Shown here in pieces: positions 35,723 through 45,019 of a stretch of DNA of 64,000 nucleotides (position 1 is its first letter; every line of letters begins with the position of its first letter). This stretch comes from Candidatus Micrarchaeota archaeon (GTDB lineage Archaea; Micrarchaeota; Micrarchaeia; Micrarchaeales; CABMGC01). Location of the stretch: contig JAJZRI010000002.1 in assembly GCA_021802765.1 (NCBI GenBank), positions 91,348 to 155,347 of the forward strand, written 5' to 3'. Made by a program: the position numbers and the translations under genes. Below the pieces are notes generated by a model. It had not been told where the DNA came from. It saw nothing but the letters and a program-made list of their open reading frames with translations, and ran no database searches.

Positions 35723-36592
35723 TTGCTACCAGAATGGCTCTCAATTAAACCTGCTTCTACAAAGAAATATGATGGGATAAAGAATACGGTAAAATCACTT
35801 GGACTGCACACCGTGTGCGCCGAAGCCCACTGCCCAAATATAAGCGAATGCTGGAGCGGCGGCACGGCAACATTCATGGTTCTCGGAGAATTATGCACAA
35901 GAGGATGCACTTTCTGCGCAGTCCACAAAAGCGCAAAGGGTACTGCGCTTGACCTTGGAGAGCCTAGCAAACTTGCCATGGCGATAAAAGAATGGGGACT
36001 TAGTTATGTTGTAATAACCTCGGTTGCGCGTGATGACCTTCCGGACCAGGGATCGATGCATTTTGCAGAATGCATATCCGAGGTGAAAAAAATGAATCCT
36101 AACACGCTCGTAGAGGTGCTAATACCAGATTTCCAGGGGAATGCGGAATTGCTAAGCAACATAATAAAGGCCCATCCGGATGTCATAGGCCATAATATAG
36201 AGACGGTTGAGAGACTGTCTGCGCGGGCTCGTGACAGAAGGGCCAATTATGCGCAGTCTCTTGCGCTCTTGAGGAAGTCTAAGGAGCTTGACAAGAGCAT
36301 ATACACCAAATCTGCCATGATGCTAGGACTTGGAGAATCTGAAGAGGAAGTAATAAAGGCAATGGAGGACCTTCGCGCGTCGGAGGTGGACTTCCTTGCC
36401 ATAGGACAGTATCTAAGACCAAGCCAGCACCATCTTGCAGTAAATGAGTACATAAAGCCGGAGAGGTTCGATTCTCTTCGGGAGAAGGGAATGAGGATGG
36501 GCTTTAAGTATGTGGCTTCTGGGCCATTTGTCAGGAGTTCTTATAAGGCAGGGGAATTCTTCATAGGCTCGATGATAAAAGTCGGTAGATAG
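35723..36592 (+). CDS. lipA: lipoyl synthase (radical SAM)
   Basis: Motifs: 'PEWLSIKP', 'VCAEAHCPNISECW' and 'LGELCTRGCTFCAV' (CxxxCxxC). There is no in-frame ATG between the Ham1 stop and the conserved N-terminus. TTG 35723 is the only plausible start. The long ORF from 35414 overlaps Ham1 and is rejected. Confidence 0.8.
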   Translation: MLPEWLSIKPASTKKYDGIKNTVKSLGLHTVCAEAHCPNISECWSGGTATFMVLGELCTRGCTFCAVHKSAKGTALDLGEPSKLAMAIKEWGLSYVVITSVARDDLPDQGSMHFAECISEVKKMNPNTLVEVLIPDFQGNAELLSNIIKAHPDVIGHNIETVERLSARARDRRANYAQSLALLRKSKELDKSIYTKSAMMLGLGESEEEVIKAMEDLRASEVDFLAIGQYLRPSQHHLAVNEYIKPERFDSLREKGMRMGFKYVASGPFVRSSYKAGEFFIGSMIKVGR

Positions 36593-36600
36593 TTCTATTG

Positions 36601-37347
36601 CTATCTTGAGAAGTTCCAGTCACTTGACGAGTAGGTCTTACGAAGCTCGCTTGCCCTTCTTGCCTCTGAAGAGCTAATGACGCCGATGTCATATTCCCTG
36701 AATTCGGTCATGCCAAGCATTATTGCACCATATAGCTCCTGGAAGGACACGCCACTTTCGGCATAAACGGACGTTACGCGCTCCTCAACGCTCTTTATCA
36801 TCTTGTCCGATATCTTCTCCTTGCTGACATTGAGATAAGAGAACATCTTTGAAACATCTGTCTTGTATAGTATCGTGCCGTGTTGCAGAAGAATGCCTTC
36901 CTTCCTCGTTTGCGCATTTCCAGAGATTTTCTTGCCATTTATCACTATGTCATTTATAGGGGCGAACTGGGCGTCTATCTTCAACTGCTTTAGCCCATTA
37001 ATTATCCTGCCGCATATCATGCGATAGCTCTCCCATATGCTTTTTGGAAACATGCTCTCCTGCCCGATTATGCTGTACGTAAGTTCTCCATCATAATCAT
37101 GATACACTGCCCCTCCGCCCGTTATCCTCCTTACAAAGTCTATCCCGTCTGATCTGCACTTCTCTATGTTGACCTCGTCTTCCATGCTCTGGAACCTGCC
37201 TATTGATACCGCGCTTGGCTTCCACCTGTAGAACCTTATCGTCGGATTTGATCTTTCGTCCTTTATGTGTTCCAGTATTGACTCATCTATGGACATGTTG
37301 TCGTATGCATCGTGCTCCTCAAGTTGTATGACTCTCCAGTTAGTCAT
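36601..37347 (-). CDS. lplA: lipoate-protein ligase A, catalytic domain
   Basis: 248 aa. Motifs: 'RRITGGGAVYHDYDGELTYS', 'KKISGNAQ' and 'LQHGTILY'. Confidence 0.8.
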   Translation of the reverse strand: MTNWRVIQLEEHDAYDNMSIDESILEHIKDERSNPTIRFYRWKPSAVSIGRFQSMEDEVNIEKCRSDGIDFVRRITGGGAVYHDYDGELTYSIIGQESMFPKSIWESYRMICGRIINGLKQLKIDAQFAPINDIVINGKKISGNAQTRKEGILLQHGTILYKTDVSKMFSYLNVSKEKISDKMIKSVEERVTSVYAESGVSFQELYGAIMLGMTEFREYDIGVISSSEARRASELRKTYSSSDWNFSR

Positions 37348-37625
37348 TTCATCGCCATCTTTAGTGCCATCGCAATGGACTGCGCAGTCACTCCCACAAG
37401 GGTAATGTCGTGGCCATCAAAGAATGACTGCAGCCTTGATGATATCTCCTGCTCGCTGGCCTTTGTGCTTGTGCCAACAAGGGTCCTTTCTATCTCCAGA
37501 ATCGACTCCTCAGGATAGATGAAGAAGTCGCCAAGTATCTGGACCGAATCTATGCTATCCCAGTAAGTCACTTTTACTGATATGAGCTTTCCACCTGGAA
37601 CTTTGAGCTTGGCAGTCCCGTACAA
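37344..37625 (-). CDS. lipoate-protein ligase C-terminal accessory domain protein (LplB-like)
   Basis: 93 aa. 'KLKVPGGKLISVKVTY...ILGDFFIYPEE' is typical of the LplA C-terminal domain. The gene overlaps the lplA start by 4 nt. Confidence 0.6.
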   Translation of the reverse strand: MYGTAKLKVPGGKLISVKVTYWDSIDSVQILGDFFIYPEESILEIERTLVGTSTKASEQEISSRLQSFFDGHDITLVGVTAQSIAMALKMAMK

Positions 37626-37634
37626 AAGAGCACC

Positions 37635-38900
37635 TTAGCTTATCACTACCCTGTCTGGTAGTATGTCGGTTATCCTATCTACACCGTAGGTCACAGGATT
37701 TCCAAAGCTTGTGTTTATCAGTATCTTTCCGTGCCTGACATCAACCTTTGATATCCTGCCTATTAAAGCACCAAGCTCATTTACGACCTGCTTGTCCTTA
37801 AGCCGCTTTGAGAGTAGTACCTGCCTCCTTAGGAATCCGGCTCCAACGGATATCCCTATTCCGAAAACTATTGCAAGAAGCGTGAATTCCAGAAGCTGGC
37901 CAAAGTATATCTGCCCGTTTAGCCACTCTGTGAATGAATATAAGAGTACCCAGAGAATGAGGGACGACCCCATATATATTCCGTACTTGAAAGTTCTAAA
38001 GACGTGCCTTGTCGCCCTTACGTCGACTACCCTACCTATAAGGAAGAGCAGCATGGCTATTGGGAGAACGATTAAGAATCCCTCTATTGAATTGGCAACA
38101 GCCAATGACTGCACTCCGGTTATCCTCATTGATGACGTATAATTTCCATAAGCTATGAACAGTCCAGCGACCAAAAAAAGCAGGCAACTAAGATAGAAGG
38201 CAAAGCTCATCCTGTCCGCGCTAAAGCCAAAGCCCTTGAATGAGTTTATGAAGGCCTCCTCAAGTCCGAAGCCTTTTATCAGCAGATAAAGACCTATTAG
38301 TCCCACAGGAAGCTGCCAGCCTGTGCCAATGGCATAACTTATGGCGAAAAGCAGCAACAGTACGGCCGGAAGGCCAAATACGATTCTTGCATAGTGCGGC
38401 TCTTTGAGCTTTTCAAGCACAGTAAAGTAAGTATTCTCAAGATTTTCAGCCTGTTTGAGCGTGACTACCTGTACGCTGTTTATCTTGAGCCTTGATTCAA
38501 CTATCGGAAATACTCTCTGGTCGCTTGCACCGTCAGTTATGAGCACACATGCATCGCTCTTGTTGGACTCGAGCACCAACTCGAGCTGCCTTGCAATCTC
38601 CCGGTCGGCATGATATCCTTCAAGCTCAGAGCCGGTGATGGTTGCCACATTTACAAGATATCCCTCATCCTTGAGCTTGTCGTGGAATTTCACGGCGTAG
38701 AACATAGTGTTGGAGTCGGGATCCTGCGGGTCAGCAAGAGCTAGTTCCTTTGCAGCATTGAGTATCTGCGATCTGCCGGTGAGCGGTCCGCTTATCTTTG
38801 TCTTGCGGTAGAGGTCATTATCCACATCTATTGCAAGAACCAGAAGTCTCTCTTCCTTGTCCTTACTGCCGCTTTTAGTAATAGCCATCCTTATCTGCAT
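37635..38900 (-). CDS. archaeal integral membrane protein (DUF373-like)
   Basis: 421 aa. A soluble N-terminal domain ('LVLAIDVDNDL...') is followed by about 7 TM helices and a small C-terminal domain. Confidence 0.4.
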   Translation of the reverse strand: MQIRMAITKSGSKDKEERLLVLAIDVDNDLYRKTKISGPLTGRSQILNAAKELALADPQDPDSNTMFYAVKFHDKLKDEGYLVNVATITGSELEGYHADREIARQLELVLESNKSDACVLITDGASDQRVFPIVESRLKINSVQVVTLKQAENLENTYFTVLEKLKEPHYARIVFGLPAVLLLLFAISYAIGTGWQLPVGLIGLYLLIKGFGLEEAFINSFKGFGFSADRMSFAFYLSCLLFLVAGLFIAYGNYTSSMRITGVQSLAVANSIEGFLIVLPIAMLLFLIGRVVDVRATRHVFRTFKYGIYMGSSLILWVLLYSFTEWLNGQIYFGQLLEFTLLAIVFGIGISVGAGFLRRQVLLSKRLKDKQVVNELGALIGRISKVDVRHGKILINTSFGNPVTYGVDRITDILPDRVVIS

Positions 38901-39007
38901 AGAAGTAGTAATTTAAGGTTTATATTACTTATAGGAGGATTTGGCGCCCACATCGACTTTTGGAGATTAAGTATTAAAAGGTATATTAACAATCAGATAG
39001 TGTTAAC

Positions 39008-39670
39008 ATGATGAAGCTGCTTCTAAAGGGATACATAAAACTTTACCACGAGTTCATGTCTCAGCGCAAGTACGACAGGGCCACTTTTCTGGCATACAAG
39101 AAGCAGCTTGGCAACGACAAAGTGGCGGAAGCAGCAAGAAAGTGGTACGACCAGCTGCTTGAGTCGAGATCCACGAATGTGGCCTGCGCAGTGGCCATAA
39201 AGTTCAACCTTCCGCCAGACTATCTCAGATACGCAATTGCAGAGGAGCTTAGGCTCAAGGCAAACGACGTTGAGGAAGCGGCATATAAGTTCATGCAAGA
39301 TGCAATAGAGCTAAGGGCGCAGGCGAAGGAGATAGAGCAGGGATCCGCACTTAACGACGCTTCCAAGGATGGATTTAGGTTAGAAAAGGATGACGTGCAT
39401 GCACTGCACAGCACCGGAGAGAGATTTATCGCGGAAGCAATAGAGAGCGGCTCATTCTTTAAAGACATGAAGAACGGAAAGAGATTCGGACTTGAGGAGG
39501 ATGTATTCTACAGGATAGGACTTGCAATTTTTGAAAACGAATTGATACTTGGTAACAAGAAGTACGCCGACCTGATAGCAAAGAGCTACAGGATAAGCGA
39601 TGAAGACAAAAAGATAGCCATAGAATCAGTGAAGAGCAGGGAAAGCAATAACAGAAATAATGGAGCCTAA
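39008..39670 (+). CDS. hypothetical alpha-helical protein
   Basis: 220-aa ORF. No motif recognised. Confidence 0.4.
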   Translation: MMKLLLKGYIKLYHEFMSQRKYDRATFLAYKKQLGNDKVAEAARKWYDQLLESRSTNVACAVAIKFNLPPDYLRYAIAEELRLKANDVEEAAYKFMQDAIELRAQAKEIEQGSALNDASKDGFRLEKDDVHALHSTGERFIAEAIESGSFFKDMKNGKRFGLEEDVFYRIGLAIFENELILGNKKYADLIAKSYRISDEDKKIAIESVKSRESNNRNNGA

Positions 39671-39750
39671 TCCTTTGCTGCTAAAGCAAAATCTCCATAA
39701 AGCGCCTGGAAAAGCTGCGGTAAAAAAGCAATTAAATGAGTTAATTATGG

Positions 39751-41529
39751 TTACTGTTCCTTGAATTCAAGGCCGTAGTCGTTCTTGAGCCTCTTTGCAT
39801 CTATCTTCGTGGGCGAAAGGTCCACTGCAGACTCGAATCTCTTGTTCTTCGGAAAGAGTATGAAGTCGCGTATGTTGTCCGCACCGCCGAGTAGTGCGCA
39901 TATCCTATCAAGACCCAGGCCCATTCCCCCTTCCACCGGAGTGCCGTAGGATAGGGCCTCTATGAAAAATCCGAAGTTCTTCTCTATCAGATCATCGTCC
40001 ATGCCGAACATCTTCATTATCTTCCTCTGCAGTTTTGGATCATTTATCCTTATGGCGCCGCTGCCAAGCTCGGTGCCGTTGAGCACTAGATCATACTGCC
40101 TTCCTACTACCTTCTCCGGAGCATTATCAAGGAACCCTATAGTAGATTCTGTGGGGCAGGTGAACGGATTGTGAGCCGGAACAGCCTTCCCAGAGACCTC
40201 ATTTATCTCAAATAGCGGGAACTCTTCAACCCACAGGAATGAGTACTCGGAGTTGTACACTCCGATCTTGTCTCCCATAGTCTTCCTTATCCTTCCAAGG
40301 GCGTCAAGGAGTATCTTCTCGGAGAGGTCTGCGCCTATGACTATGATATCACCATCCTTGGCGTCAAGCTTCTTTCTTATTGAATCTTCGCAGTTCTTGA
40401 GGGACTCGGCTATGCTTTCGGGCTCCGAATGTATCGCTCCATCTTTCACATAAAGCCAAGTCAGGCCGCGCAGGCCGAAAAGCTTGGCAAGATCTATCAT
40501 CCTGAGCATGTAGTTCTTGTCAAGCCTTGCAGAACCTGTACCGAACTGGGCATCAAAGGATATGGCTTTTATGTGGCCGCTGGTGTCAGCAACGCGCCTT
40601 AGTATGTTATACTGGGTATTTGCGAGCTCCTTGGTTATGTCTATTATCTTATTGTCGAACCTAAGATCGGGCTTGTCGCTTCCATACATCCTTACCGCAT
40701 CAACGTATTTCATCCTTGCAAAAGGCGTCTTGAGCGGCTTTGATAAGACCTCCTTGAACACTCTTGTGAACATGCGCTCGACTGTCTCCTGTATGTAACG
40801 TTCATCCTTAAATGAGACCTCGAAATCTATCTGTGTGTGCTCAAGCTGCCTGTCCTCCCTTGGATCCTCGTCCCTGAAACATCGCGCTATCTGGAAGTAC
40901 CTGTCAACTCCGGCTACCATCAATATTTGCTTGTATATTTGCGGGGATTGCGCAAGCGCGTAGAAGCTGCCCTTGGATATCCTTGAGGGCACGAGAAGGG
41001 TTCTTGAGCCTGTCTCGTAGTTGTCCTTGACCAAATAGGGAGTCTCAAGCTCTAGGAAACTGTTCTCCCAGAAGAATTTTCTAACTGTCTTAGTTATCCT
41101 ATCCCTGAAGAGAACATTTGCCATCATGCCCTTTCTTCTCAGGTCCAGATACCGGTATTTTAACCTGAGATCCTCGTTTGCAAGGAACTTCTCCTTCTCT
41201 TCTATGAGTTCGAACGGCGGCACGGCGGATTGGCTTATCACATCGATTGAGTTTACGTAAAGTTCCACCTTGCCAGTAGGATTCGCAGAGTCTATCGTGT
41301 CTGGCGCTCTCTTCTCAACAGTTCCGTTTACAGATATAACAAATTCTTTCCCGAGTCTGTCTGCCTTTTCCTTTGCCTCTTTCTCAAAGACGAGCTGGGT
41401 TGAACCGTGCATGTCGGAAAGATCTATGAACAGCTTTCCTCCGTGGTCCCGTATGTACCTGCACCAGCCCTGAAGTGTGACCTCTTTGCCTATGTGCTCC
41501 TCGCTTATGGCGCCGCAGTTAAGCTCCAT
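39751..41529 (-). CDS. aspS: aspartyl-tRNA synthetase, bacterial type (with GAD insertion domain)
   Basis: 592 aa. Motifs: 'YFQIARCFRDEDPREDRQLEHTQIDFEVSF' and 'GTPVEGGMGLGLDRI'. The length and the about 130-aa insertion between motifs 2 and 3 are characteristic of bacterial AspRS. Confidence 0.85.
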   Translation of the reverse strand: MELNCGAISEEHIGKEVTLQGWCRYIRDHGGKLFIDLSDMHGSTQLVFEKEAKEKADRLGKEFVISVNGTVEKRAPDTIDSANPTGKVELYVNSIDVISQSAVPPFELIEEKEKFLANEDLRLKYRYLDLRRKGMMANVLFRDRITKTVRKFFWENSFLELETPYLVKDNYETGSRTLLVPSRISKGSFYALAQSPQIYKQILMVAGVDRYFQIARCFRDEDPREDRQLEHTQIDFEVSFKDERYIQETVERMFTRVFKEVLSKPLKTPFARMKYVDAVRMYGSDKPDLRFDNKIIDITKELANTQYNILRRVADTSGHIKAISFDAQFGTGSARLDKNYMLRMIDLAKLFGLRGLTWLYVKDGAIHSEPESIAESLKNCEDSIRKKLDAKDGDIIVIGADLSEKILLDALGRIRKTMGDKIGVYNSEYSFLWVEEFPLFEINEVSGKAVPAHNPFTCPTESTIGFLDNAPEKVVGRQYDLVLNGTELGSGAIRINDPKLQRKIMKMFGMDDDLIEKNFGFFIEALSYGTPVEGGMGLGLDRICALLGGADNIRDFILFPKNKRFESAVDLSPTKIDAKRLKNDYGLEFKEQ

Positions 41530-41563
41530 TAAAAACCAGATAAAGACTGCCCTGACTAATTAT

Positions 41564-42853
41564 TTAAGCCTTATCTTTGAGTATCTCGGCGAGACGCTCA
41601 GATATGTATTTTGGATTGACCTTGTGCTTCTTTAGCACCATGCCCACTATGAAATTGAAGGCCTTGCTGTTGCTCTTGTACTCTTTGACAAGATCTGGCC
41701 GTTGCGATACTATCTCATTTATTTCCCTGTCTATCTCTTCTGTCTTCACGGTGCTTCTTTCCGCAGAGAATTCGCGATTCTCCTGCAGCGCCTTGATCGC
41801 ATCATCGTTAAGCAGAAGACCCTTGTCAAGATATGAAAGCATCTTGTCGAAGTTCTGCTCTGAAATAGTAATTGCCCCCTGCCTCTTTAGAAGCTCTATG
41901 GCGTTGAGCACGGTGCCACTCTTGCTTCCCTTGATGCCGTGAAGTACGAGCTCGAGGGATTTCTTATCGAACATTGTCAACTCTTTTAATGCAACCTGAT
42001 TGAATCCATATTTTACTGAAAGTTCCTTTGCCACTTCGCTTGCTATTATGACATTTGGTGTCTGCACGTTACCGGTCGGATAAACCGCAAGATCTGGCTC
42101 GTATATGAAGCCATATTCCTCATCGCTCTCCTTCTCTCTTGAAGAGACTGTCGATATCGTCTCCGCATTGTACGACCTTGTCTCCTTCTGTATCTTTTGG
42201 TTGGCAGATATAAGTTCGGTCTGCCGTTTCACCTCAAATCTTTCTGCATCCACCAAGTTCTTTATTCCAGTCACGTTCTTTATCTCAACACGCACATCAG
42301 ACAATGATATGTTTAGATCTGCCTTCATCTCTTTGTTGATGTCAACTCCCGCATAATACAATATGCTTCGCAGCTCGTTGAAGAACAGCCTAAGTTCATC
42401 CTCTGTTTCTATGTCCGGCTCAGTCACTATCTCATTGAGAGGTATTCCGGACCGGTTGAAATCAAGAAGCGAATATTCGTCCTCGCGTATTATCTTTGCC
42501 GGATCCTCTTCAAGCTGCACCCGCCTTATCCGTATCTTCTTATGGCCTATGTCAACGTATCCGTCATGCCCAATGGCCCCGTCAAGTTGTGTTATCTGGT
42601 AGGACTTTGGCAAATCTGGATAGAAATAAACCTTCCTGAGGAAGTATGTCTCTGGATTTATCTTGCAATGCAGCGCCTTGGCAACAGTGAGCGCGGATTT
42701 GAGAGCGTCTTCGTTGAGCATCGGCTTGGATCCGGGAAATCCTAGGCAAATAGGGCATATCGCCGTGTTTGGCTCCTCTGCATCCGCACTGCAACTGCAG
42801 AAGAGTTTCGACCTTGTTGGCAGCGCTACGTGAACTTCCAACCCTATCTTCAT
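41564..42853 (-). CDS. gatB: aspartyl/glutamyl-tRNA amidotransferase subunit B
   Basis: 'MKIGLEVHVALPTRSKLFCSC...' is a canonical GatB N-terminus. ATG 42853 overlaps the gatA stop (ATGA). The ORF-track start at 42901 is rejected. Confidence 0.85.
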   Translation of the reverse strand: MKIGLEVHVALPTRSKLFCSCSADAEEPNTAICPICLGFPGSKPMLNEDALKSALTVAKALHCKINPETYFLRKVYFYPDLPKSYQITQLDGAIGHDGYVDIGHKKIRIRRVQLEEDPAKIIREDEYSLLDFNRSGIPLNEIVTEPDIETEDELRLFFNELRSILYYAGVDINKEMKADLNISLSDVRVEIKNVTGIKNLVDAERFEVKRQTELISANQKIQKETRSYNAETISTVSSREKESDEEYGFIYEPDLAVYPTGNVQTPNVIIASEVAKELSVKYGFNQVALKELTMFDKKSLELVLHGIKGSKSGTVLNAIELLKRQGAITISEQNFDKMLSYLDKGLLLNDDAIKALQENREFSAERSTVKTEEIDREINEIVSQRPDLVKEYKSNSKAFNFIVGMVLKKHKVNPKYISERLAEILKDKA

Positions 42854-44199
42854 AGCGCACCAACCTCGTACTTGAACTTGTATTTGAAAGACTTCTCCCA
42901 TTCCGCTACCGCATCAAGAATCGCATAGTCATTGAAATGATTGGTGACGAGCTGCGTTCCTACAGGCATGCCGCCAATATAATCTGATGGGAAAGATACG
43001 TGTGGAAGGCCTGCAAGGTTTGGCGGTATGGTAAGGTAATCTATCTTGTAAGCCTTAACAGGATCCATCTCCATGGCTTCTTCCACCTTAGGCACTTTTA
43101 TCGGCATTGATGGAGATATTATGAACGCATCCTTGAGGACATCATTGAGCGTGGCTATGAGCATGGCCCTAAGCCTAAGCGCCTTCTCATAATACCTGCT
43201 CTTCACGCTCGCACTCCTTACGAAGGTACCAAGAACAACCCTTCTCTTAGTCTCAATGCCGAAGCTTGACCTTGCCTCGGTGAAGAAGTCGTTGTACGGC
43301 TTGGAGAAGTCGCCGACTTTGAGGCCATACTTGAATCCAGTATATTTTGCGAGGTTTGTGGACGCCTCAGCCATGGATATTATATAATATGCAGGTATTG
43401 CCTTCTCTATGAATGGGATGCTTTTGTGTTCTACAGAGTAGTCCATACCCTCGAATTTTGATACTGTACGGTCAAATGAGCCTAGTATTTCAGAATCTAT
43501 CCCATTGACAAGCTGGTCTATTATCACGAGCTTTTTCTTGTTCAGACTAGATACCCCATGGTCTACGCAGGTAGTATCATAATTGTCGCTTCCTTTCATC
43601 TTATCGAACACGTAGCGCGCGTCAGAAGCGCTTCTTGCCATCACCCCTATCTTGTCAAGAGAGTTGGCATAATCTATTAGACCATATCGTGACACAGTGC
43701 CATACGAAGGCGTAAATCCAACAACCCCGCAAAAAGACGATGGTGAGGATATAGATCCACCAGTAGATTCGGCAATTGAAACATGATGCTTCAGTATTGC
43801 TGTTGCAACCGCAGAACCGGAGCTTGAACCACCGGCGACGTACCTTTCATCAAATGGGTTTAATGGGTGTTCGGGGCAGTTTATCCCAAATGTGCCAAAG
43901 CCAAATTCATCCATCTTTGTCTTTCCCAAAAATCCGAATTCGTCGGTAGAAAGACGGTCAACTGCAGTCGCATTGAATGGTGGTAAATAACCGCTAAGTA
44001 TCTTGGATGAAGCAGTTGACTCGACGTCCTTGACGCATATGTTGTCCTTTACACTAAATGGAAGGCCGAAGCTTATGTCCTGATTTATGTTGCTAAACAT
44101 TCTGAACTTCTGGTTGAGCTCGCCTACCTTCTTGACCAGTTCGGAATAGTAGTTATCAGGTTTTGGCCTTTTTGCAAATTCGCTTATGTTCTGGCTCAT
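42850..44199 (-). CDS. gatA: aspartyl/glutamyl-tRNA amidotransferase subunit A (amidase signature)
   Basis: 449 aa. Contains the amidase signature 'VAGGSSSGSAVA'. Its start overlaps the gatC stop (ATGA). Confidence 0.85.
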   Translation of the reverse strand: MSQNISEFAKRPKPDNYYSELVKKVGELNQKFRMFSNINQDISFGLPFSVKDNICVKDVESTASSKILSGYLPPFNATAVDRLSTDEFGFLGKTKMDEFGFGTFGINCPEHPLNPFDERYVAGGSSSGSAVATAILKHHVSIAESTGGSISSPSSFCGVVGFTPSYGTVSRYGLIDYANSLDKIGVMARSASDARYVFDKMKGSDNYDTTCVDHGVSSLNKKKLVIIDQLVNGIDSEILGSFDRTVSKFEGMDYSVEHKSIPFIEKAIPAYYIISMAEASTNLAKYTGFKYGLKVGDFSKPYNDFFTEARSSFGIETKRRVVLGTFVRSASVKSRYYEKALRLRAMLIATLNDVLKDAFIISPSMPIKVPKVEEAMEMDPVKAYKIDYLTIPPNLAGLPHVSFPSDYIGGMPVGTQLVTNHFNDYAILDAVAEWEKSFKYKFKYEVGAL

Positions 44200-44471
44200 A
44201 TCTTAGGACCCACTATGAAGAATCGGTATATCTTTGAGTTTTTCAGGAGCTTGCCAGTCTCTTTGAAGTGCTCGACAGCATCCTTGCGGCGCCTTGGCGG
44301 CACCTTTATTGGCTGATACGCAGGCGCGTAGTCATCACATTTGGCATCGGATAGAGTATTGAAGTATTCGATGATATTGTCTATGTCCTTTTTTATCTGG
44401 GCTTTCTCTTCTGGTGCAAGACTAAGCCTGCAGGTCTTAAGCAGCCTGTCAAATTCATTTTCATCCATCAA
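44196..44471 (-). CDS. gatC: aspartyl/glutamyl-tRNA amidotransferase subunit C
   Basis: 91 aa. 'LAPEEKAQIKKDIDNIIEYFNTL' is GatC-like. It is the first gene of the gatCAB unit. Confidence 0.7.
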   Translation of the reverse strand: MMDENEFDRLLKTCRLSLAPEEKAQIKKDIDNIIEYFNTLSDAKCDDYAPAYQPIKVPPRRRKDAVEHFKETGKLLKNSKIYRFFIVGPKI

Positions 44472-44516
44472 AATCCCGAAAATAAAGGCTCTTCTAGATA
44501 AAAGACTGCATCAAGC

Positions 44517-44524
44517 TTTATAAA
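44517..44524 (+). promoter_or_regulatory. candidate TATA box (tttataaa) for tRNA-Ser
   Basis: The octamer ends 23 nt upstream of tRNA position 1 (44548), which is canonical archaeal promoter spacing. Confidence 0.5.
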
Positions 44525-44547
44525 GTTAGTTTGTAATAACCTTCTGT

Positions 44548-44670
44548 GCCAAGGTTGCAGAATCCGGTTAATGCGCCGGTCTTGAGTTTACCTCAAGAGC
44601 TGATCTCGTGATGCAAAAAGCAAACCGGTTCCTCGCAAGGGGAGTTAGGGTTCAAATCCCTACCTTGGCG
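44548..44670 (+). tRNA. tRNA-Ser (anticodon UGA) with a about 36-nt intron at the canonical 37/38 position
   Basis: Elements read from the sequence:
- acceptor stem GCCAAGG/CCTTGGC with discriminator G
- D arm GCA-GAATCCGGTTAA-TGC
- anticodon stem CCGGT/ACCGG, with loop CT-TGA-G then the intron (44587-44622) then A
- the intron contains CTCAAG, complementary to the anticodon-loop CTTGAG
- long variable arm TCCTCGCAAGGGGA
- T arm TAGGG-TTCAAAT-CCCTA. Confidence 0.75.
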
Positions 44671-44671
44671 T
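44660..44671 (+). repeat. direct repeat copy 1 (ctaccttggcgt) at the 3' end of tRNA-Ser; candidate attL
   Basis: An exact 12-mer recurs at 47406-47417. Both copies are followed by (c)atg. Confidence 0.5.
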
Positions 44672-44713
44672 CATGCTTCAAGGTACAACACCCATGCCTA
44701 TCAGCTTAAAGAA

Positions 44714-45019
44714 GTGGCTAAAGGCCACATAAAGAGCATGCCAAAAGATTATCTCCGCATGGGAGACTACAAGCTCAGCATTGAGCTTAGAAAGTGGTTA
44801 GAAGTGCCTAATCCCAATAGGCAGTATGGATTAGACTATAAGCAGTATCTTGAAGCCAATAGCCGTAAATCGCTTACAACGTACAGAAGGCTCTCAGAAC
44901 TCAGATATGTCTTTCTTTTGATAGGAAAGACAGATGCTAAGACGCTAACCAGAAAAGACTCTGAAGATATAGTCAGAGTGCTTTCTTTAGAATCGCAAAG
45001 GATAACCAATGCATATTGA
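44714..45019 (+). pseudogene. tyrosine-recombinase (integrase) N-terminal fragment
   Basis: 101 aa. 'YKQYLEANSRKSLTTYRRLSELRYVFLLIGKTDAKTLTRKDSEDIVRVL' resembles the SAM-like N-terminal domain of phage/archaeal integrases. No catalytic domain follows. The ORF starts 43 nt after the tRNA. Confidence 0.4.

Noticed and set aside
41564-42901. The 16-aa N-terminal extension of GatB ('MGEVFQIQVQVRGWCA').
   Set aside because: The canonical GatB N-terminus 'MKIGLEVH' starts at 42853, and its ATG forms an ATGA overlap with the gatA stop. The extension would overlap gatA by 52 nt.
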